A stretch of DNA of 64,000 bases from a virus (IMGVR_UViG_3300046786_000128:1-64000); one strand, 5' to 3'. Positions 19,001 to 29,741 are shown, counted from the stretch's first letter. Numbers and translations are program-made. The notes: a model not told the origin generated them from the sequence alone.

Positions 19001-22000
19001 CTTTGGTTTTGTTAGATTGAAAATTTCGTTAGCGGAAGGCGATGTTATTCGTATTAGAGAATATGTTTCAACATCTACAAACTTTATTCCTCCTACACCT
19101 ACAAAATTAGGATTGTATAGAAAATATACACCTATGAAATTTTTAGATACTACCTATACTGTACCTAAAGAAGTTATTCAAGGACACGATGGTAGCATCA
19201 CTGTTGCTTATGGAGATTTTAGAGATGACGTATTGCTTGAGCTAGAGAAACGTATCTACAATAACATCAAGCAACAATACAACGAATCTATTTTTAACAA
19301 TGATAATATTCTTGGCGGATATTACGGAAATTCAGAATTTGGAAAAGCAGAATTAGATGCAATCGTAACTCCTGAATTCTTAAAATGGATTGCTGACACA
19401 AATTTAGATTATGTAAACAACATTTACTTTGACAGTGAAAATAGTTTTACATTTACATATTCAAACATGGTGGACCCAACTGGGAATAAAAATCTGCCAG
19501 GTTACTGGAGAGGTGTTTATAAGTGGTTCTATGATACAGATCGTCCACACATTTGTCCTTGGGAAATGTTAGGCTTTAGTGAAAAGCCAACATGGTGGGA
19601 AGCAGAGTACGGTCCGTTGCCTTACACAAGTAATAACTTAATTCTATGGGAAGATTTAAGAGACGGTATTATTCGTCAAGGCGAAAGAGCTGGAACCCGA
19701 GATAGATATAAGCGTCCATCATTGATGCGACATATTCCAGTAGATGGAGACGGAAATCTAATCAGTCCATTAGATTCCGGACTTGCTGGTAATTTCACAA
19801 TGGCTAATAACAAGGGCCCGTTTGTTCTTGGAGATCAAGGACCGGTTGAAGCTGCTTGGAGATCAAGTAGTGAATGGCCATTTGCTGTTACATTAGCATT
19901 ATGTCTATTAAAGCCTTTTGAATTCATCACTGACAATTTTAATAAGTCTGAAACTACATTAAACATTTTAGGGCAGACTATTAATAAACATTCAAAAACA
20001 TTCTTTAATATTTCTGACCTAGTTTATGAAAATACCGATACAGTTTCTGTATCTGGATTAGTAACCTATGTTGTAAATTATTTGAAGAGTAAAACTATTC
20101 CTGTTTCTAATTTAGAAAAGAAATTATCAGGAATTGACGTTAATCTTTCAAATCGTTTAGCTGGATTTGTTGATAAAGAACAACAAAAATATGTGTTAGA
20201 TAGTAAAAATCCTAAGTCTACAACTAGCAGCATTTTTATTCCTAACGAAAACTATAACATCATCTTTAACGTAAGTTCTCCGATTTATTCTTTAGCATAC
20301 AGCGGAGTTATTATTGAGAAGACTAGCCAAGGCTGGAAGATTACAGGCTATGATAGCAAAGACCCATATTTTACATATTACAAACCTGTAATTAGTCAAA
20401 CTGATCCTTTAATTTCTGTAGGCGGAGTTAGTGAAAACTTCTTAACTTGGACAGCAGAAAAATTCTACGGTAACGGAGTTGTTGTAAAATACGGACAGAG
20501 TTATTACAGAAGTTTGAAGAGTCATACAAGCACTGATACATTTGATACAACAGTGTGGAAGCAATTACCTGCTCTGCCTGTTACAAATGCAATTCAAGCA
20601 TTTAGAAGAAAAAATTACAACAAACTAAAAACACATAGATTGAACTACGGTACTCTAATGTCGTCAATCCAGGAAGTGGTTGACTTTATGTTAGGATACC
20701 AGGAGTATCTAATTAGTATTGGTTTTGTATTTGACGGCTATGATACAACTACACAAACGGCATATGACTGGTTCACCTCTGTAAAAGAGTTTATGTTCTG
20801 GACCAAGCACAACTGGAGTGAAGGTTCGTTATTAACATTGAGTCCTAATTCACAAAAAGTTGACATTAAGATTGCTTTGGGTGTTGCAGACAGTTTCTTA
20901 GATAGTTTTTATGACTATCAAATTTTAAAAGACGACGGGACTCCGTTAGCTCCTGCATACATTGAAGTTGCAAGAGATTACCAAACCCTATCGTTATCTA
21001 CCATCAACACAAACAGCGGCATTTATTTTATGAGAGCAAATTTTGTTCTCAAAGAGCATGTTGTTATTTTCGATGACAGAACAGTGTTCAACGATGTTAT
21101 CTACGATAAGCCAACTGGGTATCGTCAAGAACGTATTAAGAGTCGCGGCTTCCGCACAGTTGATTGGGACGGTGATTACACTAGCCCTGGCTTCTTATTT
21201 GATAACGTTAATATTGCTGCATGGCAACCATTTACAGATTACAAACTAGGCGACATTGTTGCCTACAAGAGCTATTATTGGACAAGTAAGGGTTCTCAAT
21301 TAGGCACTGAATCATTTGTAGACTCTCAATGGACAAAATTAGATTCTACTCCTACTCAAGGCCTAGTAGCTAACTTTGATTACAGAATTAATCAATTTGA
21401 AGATTACTACGAAGTTGAGTCAGACGGAGTTGGATCAAGTCAACGTGACCTAGCAAGACATGCTATTGGATATCAACCAAGAGAATACCTGCAAGGATTA
21501 GCAGAGGATGAAATCAGTCAATTTAGATTGTATCAAGGTTTCATTAAAGAAAAAGGTTCGTCAAATGCAATTACTAAGGTATTTGATAAACTAAGTAGAA
21601 CCACCGATGATGCTGTTACGCTTAACGAGGAATGGGCATTTAAGGTAGGTGAACTTGGCGGAGTTGCACAGATAAGAGAAATTGAATTTGAAATTTCTAA
21701 AGATTCAATTCAAATTAATCCACAACCTACACTAATTGTTGAATCAAAGAGCAGCATTGTTTCTGATCAAAATTTAAGAATTTCGCCTAGCGATTTTACA
21801 ATTCAACCTACAGTATTCACAACTAAAATAAATGATGTTGCAATATTTGACGGTGCGTCAAGAGCTGCGGGCTATGTTCACTTAGATGATGTAGATTTTA
21901 TTGTTAAAACTAGAGATGATATTTTAAACATTAATATTAATACAGTTAATGAAAATGATCACTTCTGGGTAACATTTGATTCTGCTGCATGGACAGTTTT

Positions 22001-25000
22001 AAGATACAACGAAACATTATCTCTTAGAATTGTAAGAGTAATAAAAGACGGCGACAATGTAACGTTAACTCTAAACAGAATTCATAATCTTGCTGTGGGT
22101 GATATTATTGGTATTACCCTGGTATTGAATTTAACTGGATTCTATAAAATTACTGCGGTTGATAAAACAACAGTAACAGTAGTTTCTACAGGAAATGATC
22201 CAGCAATTGAAGATAGTACCTCTGCGGTTATCGGTACTTTTACAACAGCTAAGTTTGACACATATCAAGATCTAGATTATAAGACAACTGCTTTATTGGC
22301 AAACGGTTCTAAACTTTGGATTGATTCAAACGAATCAGGAAACTGGGAAGTTGTTGAAAAAATTAGACAATATCAAACATATGATTTGGTTGACTATGGT
22401 ATCACCGCTCCGTTGCATACAGGAACATCGGTTGCATATATTGATAATTTAAAACAAATTGCAACTTCGTTGCCTGCTTCTAACTATGTAATGATTTACA
22501 CAGATAGAACAAATGTTAATCAGGCATTAGGATTAAAACAAATTATTCCAGCACCAAACGGTATTGAAGATACAGTCGACGGTGTATTTGGACAAGTTCT
22601 TGCAGTAAGCCCTGATTACAAGTGGTTGGCAGTTTCTACGCCACTAGCAAGCGGAGTTACAAATCCCTACATGGGCGAATTAACTACTAGAAGTTATCTA
22701 GCAGGTGAAATAGTTCTGTATAACGGCAAGTTATGGAAAGCATTGGTTAATACAGTTCCAGCAGACGGCAGTTCTATTAATTTTAATTCTCAAGATTGGG
22801 AACCGGCAACACTAGTTGAAGCAAACACAACAAGCAGAGGTGTTGGTGCAGTTAATCAAGGTATGGTGTCATTGTACACTTATCAAAACGATCAATGGGA
22901 AAACGTTTATAACATTCTAAGCCCAAGGCAAGCGGCAGATGAGCGTTTTGGTAGTGCTGTAACATTTGGTGTAAGTGGTAACAAATACTACATGGCAGTT
23001 TCTGCTATTGGATCTCTATGTGATCCTCAAATAGGATACAGTACAGGAGTAGGCAGAGTATATCTATACTACTACAATGGCACTACCTGGACTCATCACG
23101 AGAATCCAAATTATGCAGGAGTTTATGATAGTTCTCCTACAGCAACCTATTCAGCAGGAACAATTGTTTGGGCTGACGGAAGCCTATGGCAAGCCTTATC
23201 AGATACACAGGGTGATGGTAGTACATTAACTGTTGATTCAAACGAATGGTTAAAACTAGATCCTGTTACAACTAATAATTCCTTACCAACTAATGTAGCA
23301 GTAGACGATGATGGTTCTACACTAGCTATGGGCTTGTTAGATACTACACAACTTGCAGAATTAGTCAAGCAGGGTGACAGTTTTGGTACTAGCCTTTCTA
23401 TGTCTAGAGATGGAAGCATCTTAGTTGTAGGAGCTCCTAGCAGTGACGGACAATACCTTGCCAATTACAGAGGCGTTTGGAATCCATACCAAGAATATCT
23501 CACAGGTGATGTTGTTAAGTATCAAGACAGCTATCATGTCTTAGCAGTTGCTGTATCAAGTAAGAATGAAATGCCGGATGACGGAGCGCCTTGGCAAAAT
23601 ACAGGCGATAGCACATTTACTACTACCGGCAAGATTTTTATCTACAATAGAAACAGTAATGGTGTTTACAATCTAGTACAGACAATTACTAATCAATCTC
23701 TTGAGCTAATTAACGACATTGGATCTTTAGGATCAATTGCATCTGGCGATAATTTTGGAACCTCAATAGATATTGATTCATCGGGAACAACATTAGTAGT
23801 CAGTAGCCCAACCGCAGACATTTTAAGACAGAATCAGGGAGCTGTGTACGTTTTCAAACGTAGTACTGGATCATCTGAATTTAGATTAAAACAAAAATTA
23901 CAGAGTTACGAAAACTACACAAACGAATATTTTGGTACAAGTGTTTCTATTAGTCCAGCTACAGAACGAATTGTTATTGGTGCAAAAAATGCTAGTTATA
24001 ATGTAATAACTACATTTGATTCTGTTGGAACAACTTTCGATAGAAGAAGAACAACATGGTCCTCTCCAGCAGGTTTTCCTGGACAAGTATATGTCTACGA
24101 AAGAAAAGATCAAGGTTATTTCTTAGCAGAAAAATTACAGGCTAATTTTGAAAACTATGAATCGTTTGGTGCATCAATTGATTGCACAAATTCTGTAGTA
24201 GTTGTTGGCTCTCCTAACTACGTAGAAAACGGCGAAGCAAAGGGTAGAGTACGATTATTCAAGAAAACATCTAATAAAGATAGTATTAATATTATTAGAA
24301 GCCAGCCCGAACAAGTTAATTTAGATGCTATCAAGAATATTGAATTGTATGATAACGAAAACAATATTAAGATTGCAGACGTTGATATCATTGATCATTT
24401 TAAATTAAAGATTCTAAATGTTGCAGAACAAGACATTAAGTTTAAAACAGTCTATGATCCGGCAATGTATATTCTAGCCACAGACAACGAAACTGTTGAT
24501 GAAAATCAAGCATGGTTTGAAGACCATGTAGGTGAAGTTTGGTGGGATTTAAGCACAGTTAAATTTGTAAATGCTGAGCAAGATGACATTTCTTATAGAG
24601 TAGGAAACTGGAGTACTCAGGTACAAGGTTCATCAGTTGATGTTTATGAATGGGTTGAAACACCTTTATTGCCATCCGAATGGAGTATACTTGCAGATAC
24701 AGTAGGCGGATTGGCTGAAGGTATCAGTGGCCAGCCAAAACATGCAGACGATACTGTCTATAACACAAAAGTATTATACAATCCTAACACTGGTAGAGCA
24801 ACAAGTACTCTTTATTATTTCTGGGTTAAGAATAAAACAGTTCTTCCTAGCGATAAACGTAGAACAGTATCTGTTTCTACAATTGCATCTTACATTTCTA
24901 ATCCAGTTGGAACAGGAATTCCTTTTGTTGCATTAGTTGATGCAGACAAATTAGCATTTTATAATTTCTCTTCAGTAGTTAGTGGTAACTCTGTTTTAGT

Positions 25001-28000
25001 TAATATTGAATACAATAAAGATGCTAAAGAAGAAAATCCTATACACAGAGAATATCAATTATTAACAGAAGGTGTAGCAGACAATATTCCTTCGGAGTTC
25101 TTAGAAAAGAAATGGATTGACAGTTTGGTTGGCTTCGACGAAGCAGGTAACACTGTTCCTGACTTTAATCTTTCGTTAAAGCAACGTTATGGATTAGGAT
25201 TTAGACCAAGACAAACAATGTTTGTTAATAGAGCCAAGGCCCTAAAAATAGCAATTGATAATATTAATTCTATTTTAGAAACAAGACCGTTTGTAGATAC
25301 AATCGATTTTGAAAATCTATCGTTGAAAGATGCTGTACCTAGCGCATTATTAAATGAGTACGATTTAGAAGTTGACAATTACATTGACTTAGAACAAGTT
25401 GGTACTGTAAAAGTTCGCCAAGCAGTATTTTCTACAAATATTATTAATGGTGAAATTGATACAATTGATATTGTAGATCCTGGATTTGGTTATAGAACAG
25501 CACCATATGTTTCTATCCAAGGAACTGGCAAAGGTGCTAAAGCAACTATTACATTAGATACTCAAGGCAGAGTTAACTCTATTACTGTTACAAATAGAGG
25601 AAAGAAATATACTTCTGCTCTAGTAAAAATTAGACCATTCTCAGTATTGGTTAAGAATGATGCCAGCGACAAGGGTTTCTGGAGCATCTATTCATGGGAT
25701 CAACAACGTAGAATTTTCTATCGTAGTAAAGCTCAAGGTTTTGATACTACAATATATTGGGAATACACAGACTGGTGGGCATCTGGATTCAGCAGCCTAT
25801 CTAGGATTACCAAAGAGATCACAAACTTCTATGAAGAGCCTTCGGTTACATTAGAAGTGGGAACCTTATTACGAGTTAAAGAATATTCGAACGGTGGTTG
25901 GGCAGTTTTAGAAAGGACTGAAGCCGGCGCCGGAAATTTAATTAACAATTATAATCTAGTTGGTAGAGAAAACGGCACAATCAGAATTAAAGATTCATTG
26001 TACAACGCATTAACTACTGCGCTAGGATATGATAATGTTGGATCTTATGATGCAGCATTATATGATCTACAACCAATTAAAGAATTAAGAAACATTCTTA
26101 AAGCTGCAAAAGACGATATTTTTGTAGATGATTTAAGAGTTGAATGGAATAAACTATTCTTTAGTTCTGTAAGATATGCGTTCTCTGAACAGCAATATGT
26201 AGACTGGGCTTTCAAAACTAGTTTCTTAAATGCAATTCACAATGTGGGTGATTTGGACCAACGTCCAAACTATAAGAACGACAACTTAGAAAGTTTTAGA
26301 AAGTACATCGAAGAAGTTAAACCTTATAGAACAACTATTAGAGAATATACAAGTAGATATACCGAAAACGAAAACTTCTATGGTGGAACAATTGACTTTG
26401 ATTTACCTCCAGCATATTCTGCCAGAGACGGAAAGATTTTACCAGTAAGTCAATATTATAACAGATTGAATGAATATCCATGGAAGTGGTGGACAACTAA
26501 TAACGGTTATTCCATTACAGAGATTACAGTATCTAATACTGGCGGCGATTATAAAACACCTCCAACAGTATTAATCGAAGGCAATGGCACAGGAGCATCT
26601 GCTACAGCATTTATTGCCAGCGGTAAGGTATCTGGAATTCGTGTTGATAATCCAGGATCTGGTTATACTAAAATCCCAACAGTTACATTAGTTGGCGGTA
26701 ATGGTACAAGCCAGAATATTGCTAAAGCCGCAGCGGTAATGGGTGATACTGTTGTTAGAACTTTTGATTTAACAATGAAGTTTGATAGAATCAGCAAGAC
26801 TGGTTTGTATCAAAATTTCACACAAAGTCAAACATTTACAGCAACTGGTTATAGTGCGGTCTTTAATTTAAATTATGCACCGTCTAGAGACAAGACTAAA
26901 ATTCGTGTTATTAAGAATGGAGAAATTATCCTAAGCAATGAATACGAAATTGATTTATATTATGATCAATTAGATGGATATACTCTATTAAAAGGCAAGT
27001 TACGATTTATAGTTGCTCCTTTAAAGAATGATATTATTGTTGTTACCTATGACAAGAATGATGAATATCTCGACGCTGTTAACAGAATTGATAAAAATTA
27101 TGCGCCAACTTCAGGAATGAAGGGCAAAGAAGTTAATCAATTAATGACTGGTATTGACTTTGGCGGTGTACAAATCCAAGGTACTACATTTGATGTTACT
27201 GGCGGCTGGGATGCTCTTCCATGGTTTACTGATAACTGGGATAGCGTTGAAACTAACAGCGATTACTATTATATTGCTGATGGTAGTACAACCTATGTAG
27301 TATTGCCTAATACCCCTTTAGAAGGACAGTTGATTTCGATCTACTTAAAGCGTGTAGGAGAATCAAGAGCAACAAGGATTGATGATCCAAAGTTTGGAAC
27401 AATAGAACAAACAAATAACAATGCTCTAATGCCAACATTTGTTGGTGACGGGTCTACAAATATTGTACAACTTCACAATCCATCTACTGATGCTGTCTAT
27501 GTACACATCAATGCAGATGATACATTGATTTTCCGTAATGTTGAAAGTGATGGTTCTGTAACTATCACAGACATTAACTTGTTAGATACAAGAATTAGTG
27601 GAGGTACGTTAGCAAGCAACGGCAGCGCATATGTAACTGCAACAGGCCTAACACCGGAAGAAATTGTTATTGACGGTGATAAGTTTGTAACACCGGATCA
27701 AGTTCCTGCACCAGAAGAAAACTTACCGGGACAGGTGTTAGACAGTCTAAGTATCAAAGTTTATACATCTACCAATCCTGGATCTGCACCGTTACAATCA
27801 AAAGTCTCCATCGGCGACGGAGTTACTGCTGTCTTTGCTATTGGTTTAACAGTTGTTGAATCTAAATCTGTAATGGTTTATGTAGATAAAGTTAAACAAG
27901 AAATTGGTACAGATTATAACATTAATTTTAATGATAACACTGTAGAATTTGACATTGCTCCGATCCTAGGATCAATTGTTGAAATTATCTCTATTGGTAT

Positions 28001-29741
28001 TGGCGGCATTGCGTTAATTGATTACCAAGAGTTTGTTGCAGACGGATCAACAAGTTTGTTCTTAACAAAGGCTGTTTATCAACAAACTGCTAATGTATTA
28101 GTAACAGTTGATGGTATTGCTATTGAAACTGGTTTTGTAAACAGTGGAGATTTTATCGATACTGCTGATAGAACAATGGTTCAGTTTGGTGCAGCACCAG
28201 CTTATAGACAAGTAGTTAAAATTATTTGTTTTGGACCTAGCACAGAAACTGATTCTACAGGATTTCCGTTTGTTAGAATCAATCAACAAGAAATTATATA
28301 TGACGGCGCAACTCGAAATATCGACCTAGACAAATTTGTCTCTCTTGATAGATCTTCAGTGTTGTCGTCGGTATTAGTTGAAGTTAATGGTAATCAATTA
28401 AAAGGCGTTGATACAACATACGTAATCTATGATGGTACAAACAATGCTATCGAAGTTGGAGTAGATCCAGCAGAAGCTATTGGTACAATTACATCTGGAG
28501 CTATCAAGGTTTATATTAATCAGGTGTTACAACGTTTTGTTATTGATTACACATATAACGGTAACTTAAACCTAATTGAAATTCCAGCAGCAAATCTAAC
28601 AATTGAAGATGTTATTAGAATTGAAACAGATACTAGAACTGATTATTCGATTGTAAGCGGAAACATTGTGTTCAGCGATAGTTTGCCGTTAGTCGCCGGT
28701 GATGTAATTAATGTTACATGGTTCAGCGAATACCCAACAATGGATATTATTTCTGATCAGTTCGCTGGCGGAAAAGTTCAGTATCAATTGCCAAGAAACC
28801 CACTAGATGTTAATTACATTTGGGTTTATAAAAACGGAAGTAGATTAACTAGAGATAGAGATTATTATATTTCGTTACCGCGTGGAGTTGTTTATCTAAC
28901 TGATATAACAACAATTGAGGACGAGATTAAGATTGTTCAATTTGGTAATATCATTTATGAACCACCAAAAGCCTTTGAAATCTACAAAGACATGTTGAAC
29001 AATTATCACTATAAGCGTCATTCTAGAAAGAATGCTGTTAAGTTATCAAAGGATCTTTACTATTACGACACAACTGTTGAATTAACAGATGCAAGTTTAT
29101 TGTCAGATCCGTTGCCAACAAGAAATATTCCTGGAGTTGTTATTATTAATAATGAAAGAATTGAATATTTCTCTAAGGTAGGAAATGTACTTTCTCAGTT
29201 AAGAAGAGGATCGTTAGGAACAGCAATTGCTACAGTTCATAGTATGGACAGTTTTGTAGTAGATGCAGGATACACCGAAACTCTACCTTACTTAGAAACA
29301 CAGGAAAAAACTGATTTTACCAGCGATGGTAGCAGTTTACTCATTGGACCATTAGATTTTGTACCTGCACAAGGCACAAGAACAGAATGGTACAAAGATA
29401 CAATTCCTGCAGAGTATGGCCCATGCGATACGATTGAAGTATTTGTTGGTGGTAAACGCCTAAACAAAAATCCAATTTCTGTGTATGACGAAACTCTCGG
29501 AGTAAGCAGTCCTGCTTCTGATATAACTAAAGAAGCAGACTTTTCTGTAGACGGAGCTACTGCATATTTACGATTAACTAACCCTGCACCTGCAGGTACA
29601 CGTATTACTGTGATTAGAAAACAAGGAAGAATTTGGTACGAGCGTGGGCAAGTAACAGCAAGCAAGGGTGTAACGCTGTTATCTAATACTACTCCTGTTG
29701 CTGATTTCATCGCAAATATGAGCACAGAATTGCCCGAATAA
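16056..29741 (+). CDS. Giant 4561 aa virion structural protein (gp7-like wedge position) with adhesin-like domains
   Basis: One uninterrupted ORF directly after gp6; carries carbohydrate-binding-like repeats, FG-GAP-like blades, GSGY-type repeats and C-terminal DG(S/A/V)T repeats. Confidence 0.7.
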   Translation: MAQEIFPDSQLPIRRTVDLLPQVFQTEANNKFMSAVVDPLVQPGVLQKTVGYVGRRYGKTYNANDVYLDTDETLRSRYQLEPGVVIKQDEKVTNFYDYLDFKNQIKFFGNKEEVDAVITAQEHYTWNPPIDWDKFVNYREYYWVPDGPPPVKILGQAQNIISTYRVTLGVGSVFIFTPDGLTNNPTLTLYRGQTYKFNINAPDNGLTIKTAIDTGSLLYNPLLSYSKGQIVVFDEKLWKAKDNIPAGDGSTIDADTQDWEFIDDAQFTTSLDYTKGITNNGAETGVITFEVPFDAPDVLFYQSATDPNRFGRFLISNIESNTKINVEKEIIGKTTYTSSNGVELTNGMIIYFIGLVSPAKYADDGIKWLVEGVGSKITLTRFTDLIVSENLNANAPEVLFDNGGFDSQPYDDASAYPSSKDYITINKSSIDSNPWSRYNRWFHRATLDYSHSFNNSNFEAAETLRAKRPIIEFKPNLQLFNHGSIAKQVVDYVDDFTTDVFSVIEGSKGYIVDGEALFDGARVLVTADTDSLANNQIYVVKFIKHNNVTQINLQKASDGESLLGEGVLVRRGNNNKGLMYHYNGTNWIKSQLKTKINQAPLFDIFDENLVSLSDAETYPVSSFVGTEIVSYKIGNSVVDKELGFSVSYLNINNVGDIQFEFDLDTDTFTYNVGQDVFTKNILTGFYKFNGIESYDNGWKVIDKNFTQPIIDSVPVTTATNVITSTAVDWKSVSDSQIRKIVFYVNGVITRKTWTRSVDTFTFSSNFAAGDVVTIKLFADLDPNTGYYEIPLGLEKNPLNDTIKTFTLGQAADHILTGIELVDNFSGIYPGSSNLRNISGYENKTKRFLKHSNVAPIATVLLCDKEINIVKSIQYAKKSYTDFKNTFIDIAYNLYFDQENIDYVDTILEEISKTQNTSRPFSGSDMIGSGAYSELVYTVEDEGIKTFALSQKFDLETLSSRAVYVYYNNEQLLNGTDYEFNSNFGFVRLKISLAEGDVIRIREYVSTSTNFIPPTPTKLGLYRKYTPMKFLDTTYTVPKEVIQGHDGSITVAYGDFRDDVLLELEKRIYNNIKQQYNESIFNNDNILGGYYGNSEFGKAELDAIVTPEFLKWIADTNLDYVNNIYFDSENSFTFTYSNMVDPTGNKNLPGYWRGVYKWFYDTDRPHICPWEMLGFSEKPTWWEAEYGPLPYTSNNLILWEDLRDGIIRQGERAGTRDRYKRPSLMRHIPVDGDGNLISPLDSGLAGNFTMANNKGPFVLGDQGPVEAAWRSSSEWPFAVTLALCLLKPFEFITDNFNKSETTLNILGQTINKHSKTFFNISDLVYENTDTVSVSGLVTYVVNYLKSKTIPVSNLEKKLSGIDVNLSNRLAGFVDKEQQKYVLDSKNPKSTTSSIFIPNENYNIIFNVSSPIYSLAYSGVIIEKTSQGWKITGYDSKDPYFTYYKPVISQTDPLISVGGVSENFLTWTAEKFYGNGVVVKYGQSYYRSLKSHTSTDTFDTTVWKQLPALPVTNAIQAFRRKNYNKLKTHRLNYGTLMSSIQEVVDFMLGYQEYLISIGFVFDGYDTTTQTAYDWFTSVKEFMFWTKHNWSEGSLLTLSPNSQKVDIKIALGVADSFLDSFYDYQILKDDGTPLAPAYIEVARDYQTLSLSTINTNSGIYFMRANFVLKEHVVIFDDRTVFNDVIYDKPTGYRQERIKSRGFRTVDWDGDYTSPGFLFDNVNIAAWQPFTDYKLGDIVAYKSYYWTSKGSQLGTESFVDSQWTKLDSTPTQGLVANFDYRINQFEDYYEVESDGVGSSQRDLARHAIGYQPREYLQGLAEDEISQFRLYQGFIKEKGSSNAITKVFDKLSRTTDDAVTLNEEWAFKVGELGGVAQIREIEFEISKDSIQINPQPTLIVESKSSIVSDQNLRISPSDFTIQPTVFTTKINDVAIFDGASRAAGYVHLDDVDFIVKTRDDILNININTVNENDHFWVTFDSAAWTVLRYNETLSLRIVRVIKDGDNVTLTLNRIHNLAVGDIIGITLVLNLTGFYKITAVDKTTVTVVSTGNDPAIEDSTSAVIGTFTTAKFDTYQDLDYKTTALLANGSKLWIDSNESGNWEVVEKIRQYQTYDLVDYGITAPLHTGTSVAYIDNLKQIATSLPASNYVMIYTDRTNVNQALGLKQIIPAPNGIEDTVDGVFGQVLAVSPDYKWLAVSTPLASGVTNPYMGELTTRSYLAGEIVLYNGKLWKALVNTVPADGSSINFNSQDWEPATLVEANTTSRGVGAVNQGMVSLYTYQNDQWENVYNILSPRQAADERFGSAVTFGVSGNKYYMAVSAIGSLCDPQIGYSTGVGRVYLYYYNGTTWTHHENPNYAGVYDSSPTATYSAGTIVWADGSLWQALSDTQGDGSTLTVDSNEWLKLDPVTTNNSLPTNVAVDDDGSTLAMGLLDTTQLAELVKQGDSFGTSLSMSRDGSILVVGAPSSDGQYLANYRGVWNPYQEYLTGDVVKYQDSYHVLAVAVSSKNEMPDDGAPWQNTGDSTFTTTGKIFIYNRNSNGVYNLVQTITNQSLELINDIGSLGSIASGDNFGTSIDIDSSGTTLVVSSPTADILRQNQGAVYVFKRSTGSSEFRLKQKLQSYENYTNEYFGTSVSISPATERIVIGAKNASYNVITTFDSVGTTFDRRRTTWSSPAGFPGQVYVYERKDQGYFLAEKLQANFENYESFGASIDCTNSVVVVGSPNYVENGEAKGRVRLFKKTSNKDSINIIRSQPEQVNLDAIKNIELYDNENNIKIADVDIIDHFKLKILNVAEQDIKFKTVYDPAMYILATDNETVDENQAWFEDHVGEVWWDLSTVKFVNAEQDDISYRVGNWSTQVQGSSVDVYEWVETPLLPSEWSILADTVGGLAEGISGQPKHADDTVYNTKVLYNPNTGRATSTLYYFWVKNKTVLPSDKRRTVSVSTIASYISNPVGTGIPFVALVDADKLAFYNFSSVVSGNSVLVNIEYNKDAKEENPIHREYQLLTEGVADNIPSEFLEKKWIDSLVGFDEAGNTVPDFNLSLKQRYGLGFRPRQTMFVNRAKALKIAIDNINSILETRPFVDTIDFENLSLKDAVPSALLNEYDLEVDNYIDLEQVGTVKVRQAVFSTNIINGEIDTIDIVDPGFGYRTAPYVSIQGTGKGAKATITLDTQGRVNSITVTNRGKKYTSALVKIRPFSVLVKNDASDKGFWSIYSWDQQRRIFYRSKAQGFDTTIYWEYTDWWASGFSSLSRITKEITNFYEEPSVTLEVGTLLRVKEYSNGGWAVLERTEAGAGNLINNYNLVGRENGTIRIKDSLYNALTTALGYDNVGSYDAALYDLQPIKELRNILKAAKDDIFVDDLRVEWNKLFFSSVRYAFSEQQYVDWAFKTSFLNAIHNVGDLDQRPNYKNDNLESFRKYIEEVKPYRTTIREYTSRYTENENFYGGTIDFDLPPAYSARDGKILPVSQYYNRLNEYPWKWWTTNNGYSITEITVSNTGGDYKTPPTVLIEGNGTGASATAFIASGKVSGIRVDNPGSGYTKIPTVTLVGGNGTSQNIAKAAAVMGDTVVRTFDLTMKFDRISKTGLYQNFTQSQTFTATGYSAVFNLNYAPSRDKTKIRVIKNGEIILSNEYEIDLYYDQLDGYTLLKGKLRFIVAPLKNDIIVVTYDKNDEYLDAVNRIDKNYAPTSGMKGKEVNQLMTGIDFGGVQIQGTTFDVTGGWDALPWFTDNWDSVETNSDYYYIADGSTTYVVLPNTPLEGQLISIYLKRVGESRATRIDDPKFGTIEQTNNNALMPTFVGDGSTNIVQLHNPSTDAVYVHINADDTLIFRNVESDGSVTITDINLLDTRISGGTLASNGSAYVTATGLTPEEIVIDGDKFVTPDQVPAPEENLPGQVLDSLSIKVYTSTNPGSAPLQSKVSIGDGVTAVFAIGLTVVESKSVMVYVDKVKQEIGTDYNINFNDNTVEFDIAPILGSIVEIISIGIGGIALIDYQEFVADGSTSLFLTKAVYQQTANVLVTVDGIAIETGFVNSGDFIDTADRTMVQFGAAPAYRQVVKIICFGPSTETDSTGFPFVRINQQEIIYDGATRNIDLDKFVSLDRSSVLSSVLVEVNGNQLKGVDTTYVIYDGTNNAIEVGVDPAEAIGTITSGAIKVYINQVLQRFVIDYTYNGNLNLIEIPAANLTIEDVIRIETDTRTDYSIVSGNIVFSDSLPLVAGDVINVTWFSEYPTMDIISDQFAGGKVQYQLPRNPLDVNYIWVYKNGSRLTRDRDYYISLPRGVVYLTDITTIEDEIKIVQFGNIIYEPPKAFEIYKDMLNNYHYKRHSRKNAVKLSKDLYYYDTTVELTDASLLSDPLPTRNIPGVVIINNERIEYFSKVGNVLSQLRRGSLGTAIATVHSMDSFVVDAGYTETLPYLETQEKTDFTSDGSSLLIGPLDFVPAQGTRTEWYKDTIPAEYGPCDTIEVFVGGKRLNKNPISVYDETLGVSSPASDITKEADFSVDGATAYLRLTNPAPAGTRITVIRKQGRIWYERGQVTASKGVTLLSNTTPVADFIANMSTELPE
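16728..23600 (+). repeat. Six dispersed CBM5/12 (ChtBD3)-like modules within the giant protein
   Basis: Y-x-x-G-x-x-V-x-(Y/F/W)...W pattern near 16728, 20448, 21222, 22697, 23148 and 23478 (e.g. YSKGQIVVFDEKLWKA, YLAGEIVLYNGKLWKA, YSAGTIVWADGSLWQA). Confidence 0.65.
22580..24265 (+). repeat. FG-GAP/integrin-alpha-like beta-propeller blades within the giant protein
   Basis: At least six repeats: FGQVLAVS, FGSAVTFG, FGTSLSMS..LVVGAP, FGTSIDID..LVVSSP..GAVYVF, FGTSVSIS..IVIGA..GQVYVY, FGASIDC..VVVGSP..GRVRLF. Confidence 0.75.

Noticed and set aside
16056-29741. Intein or assembly artefact explaining the giant ORF
   Set aside because: No Hint or LAGLIDADG motifs recognised, no exact long DNA duplication seen, and the repeats are diverged at protein level.
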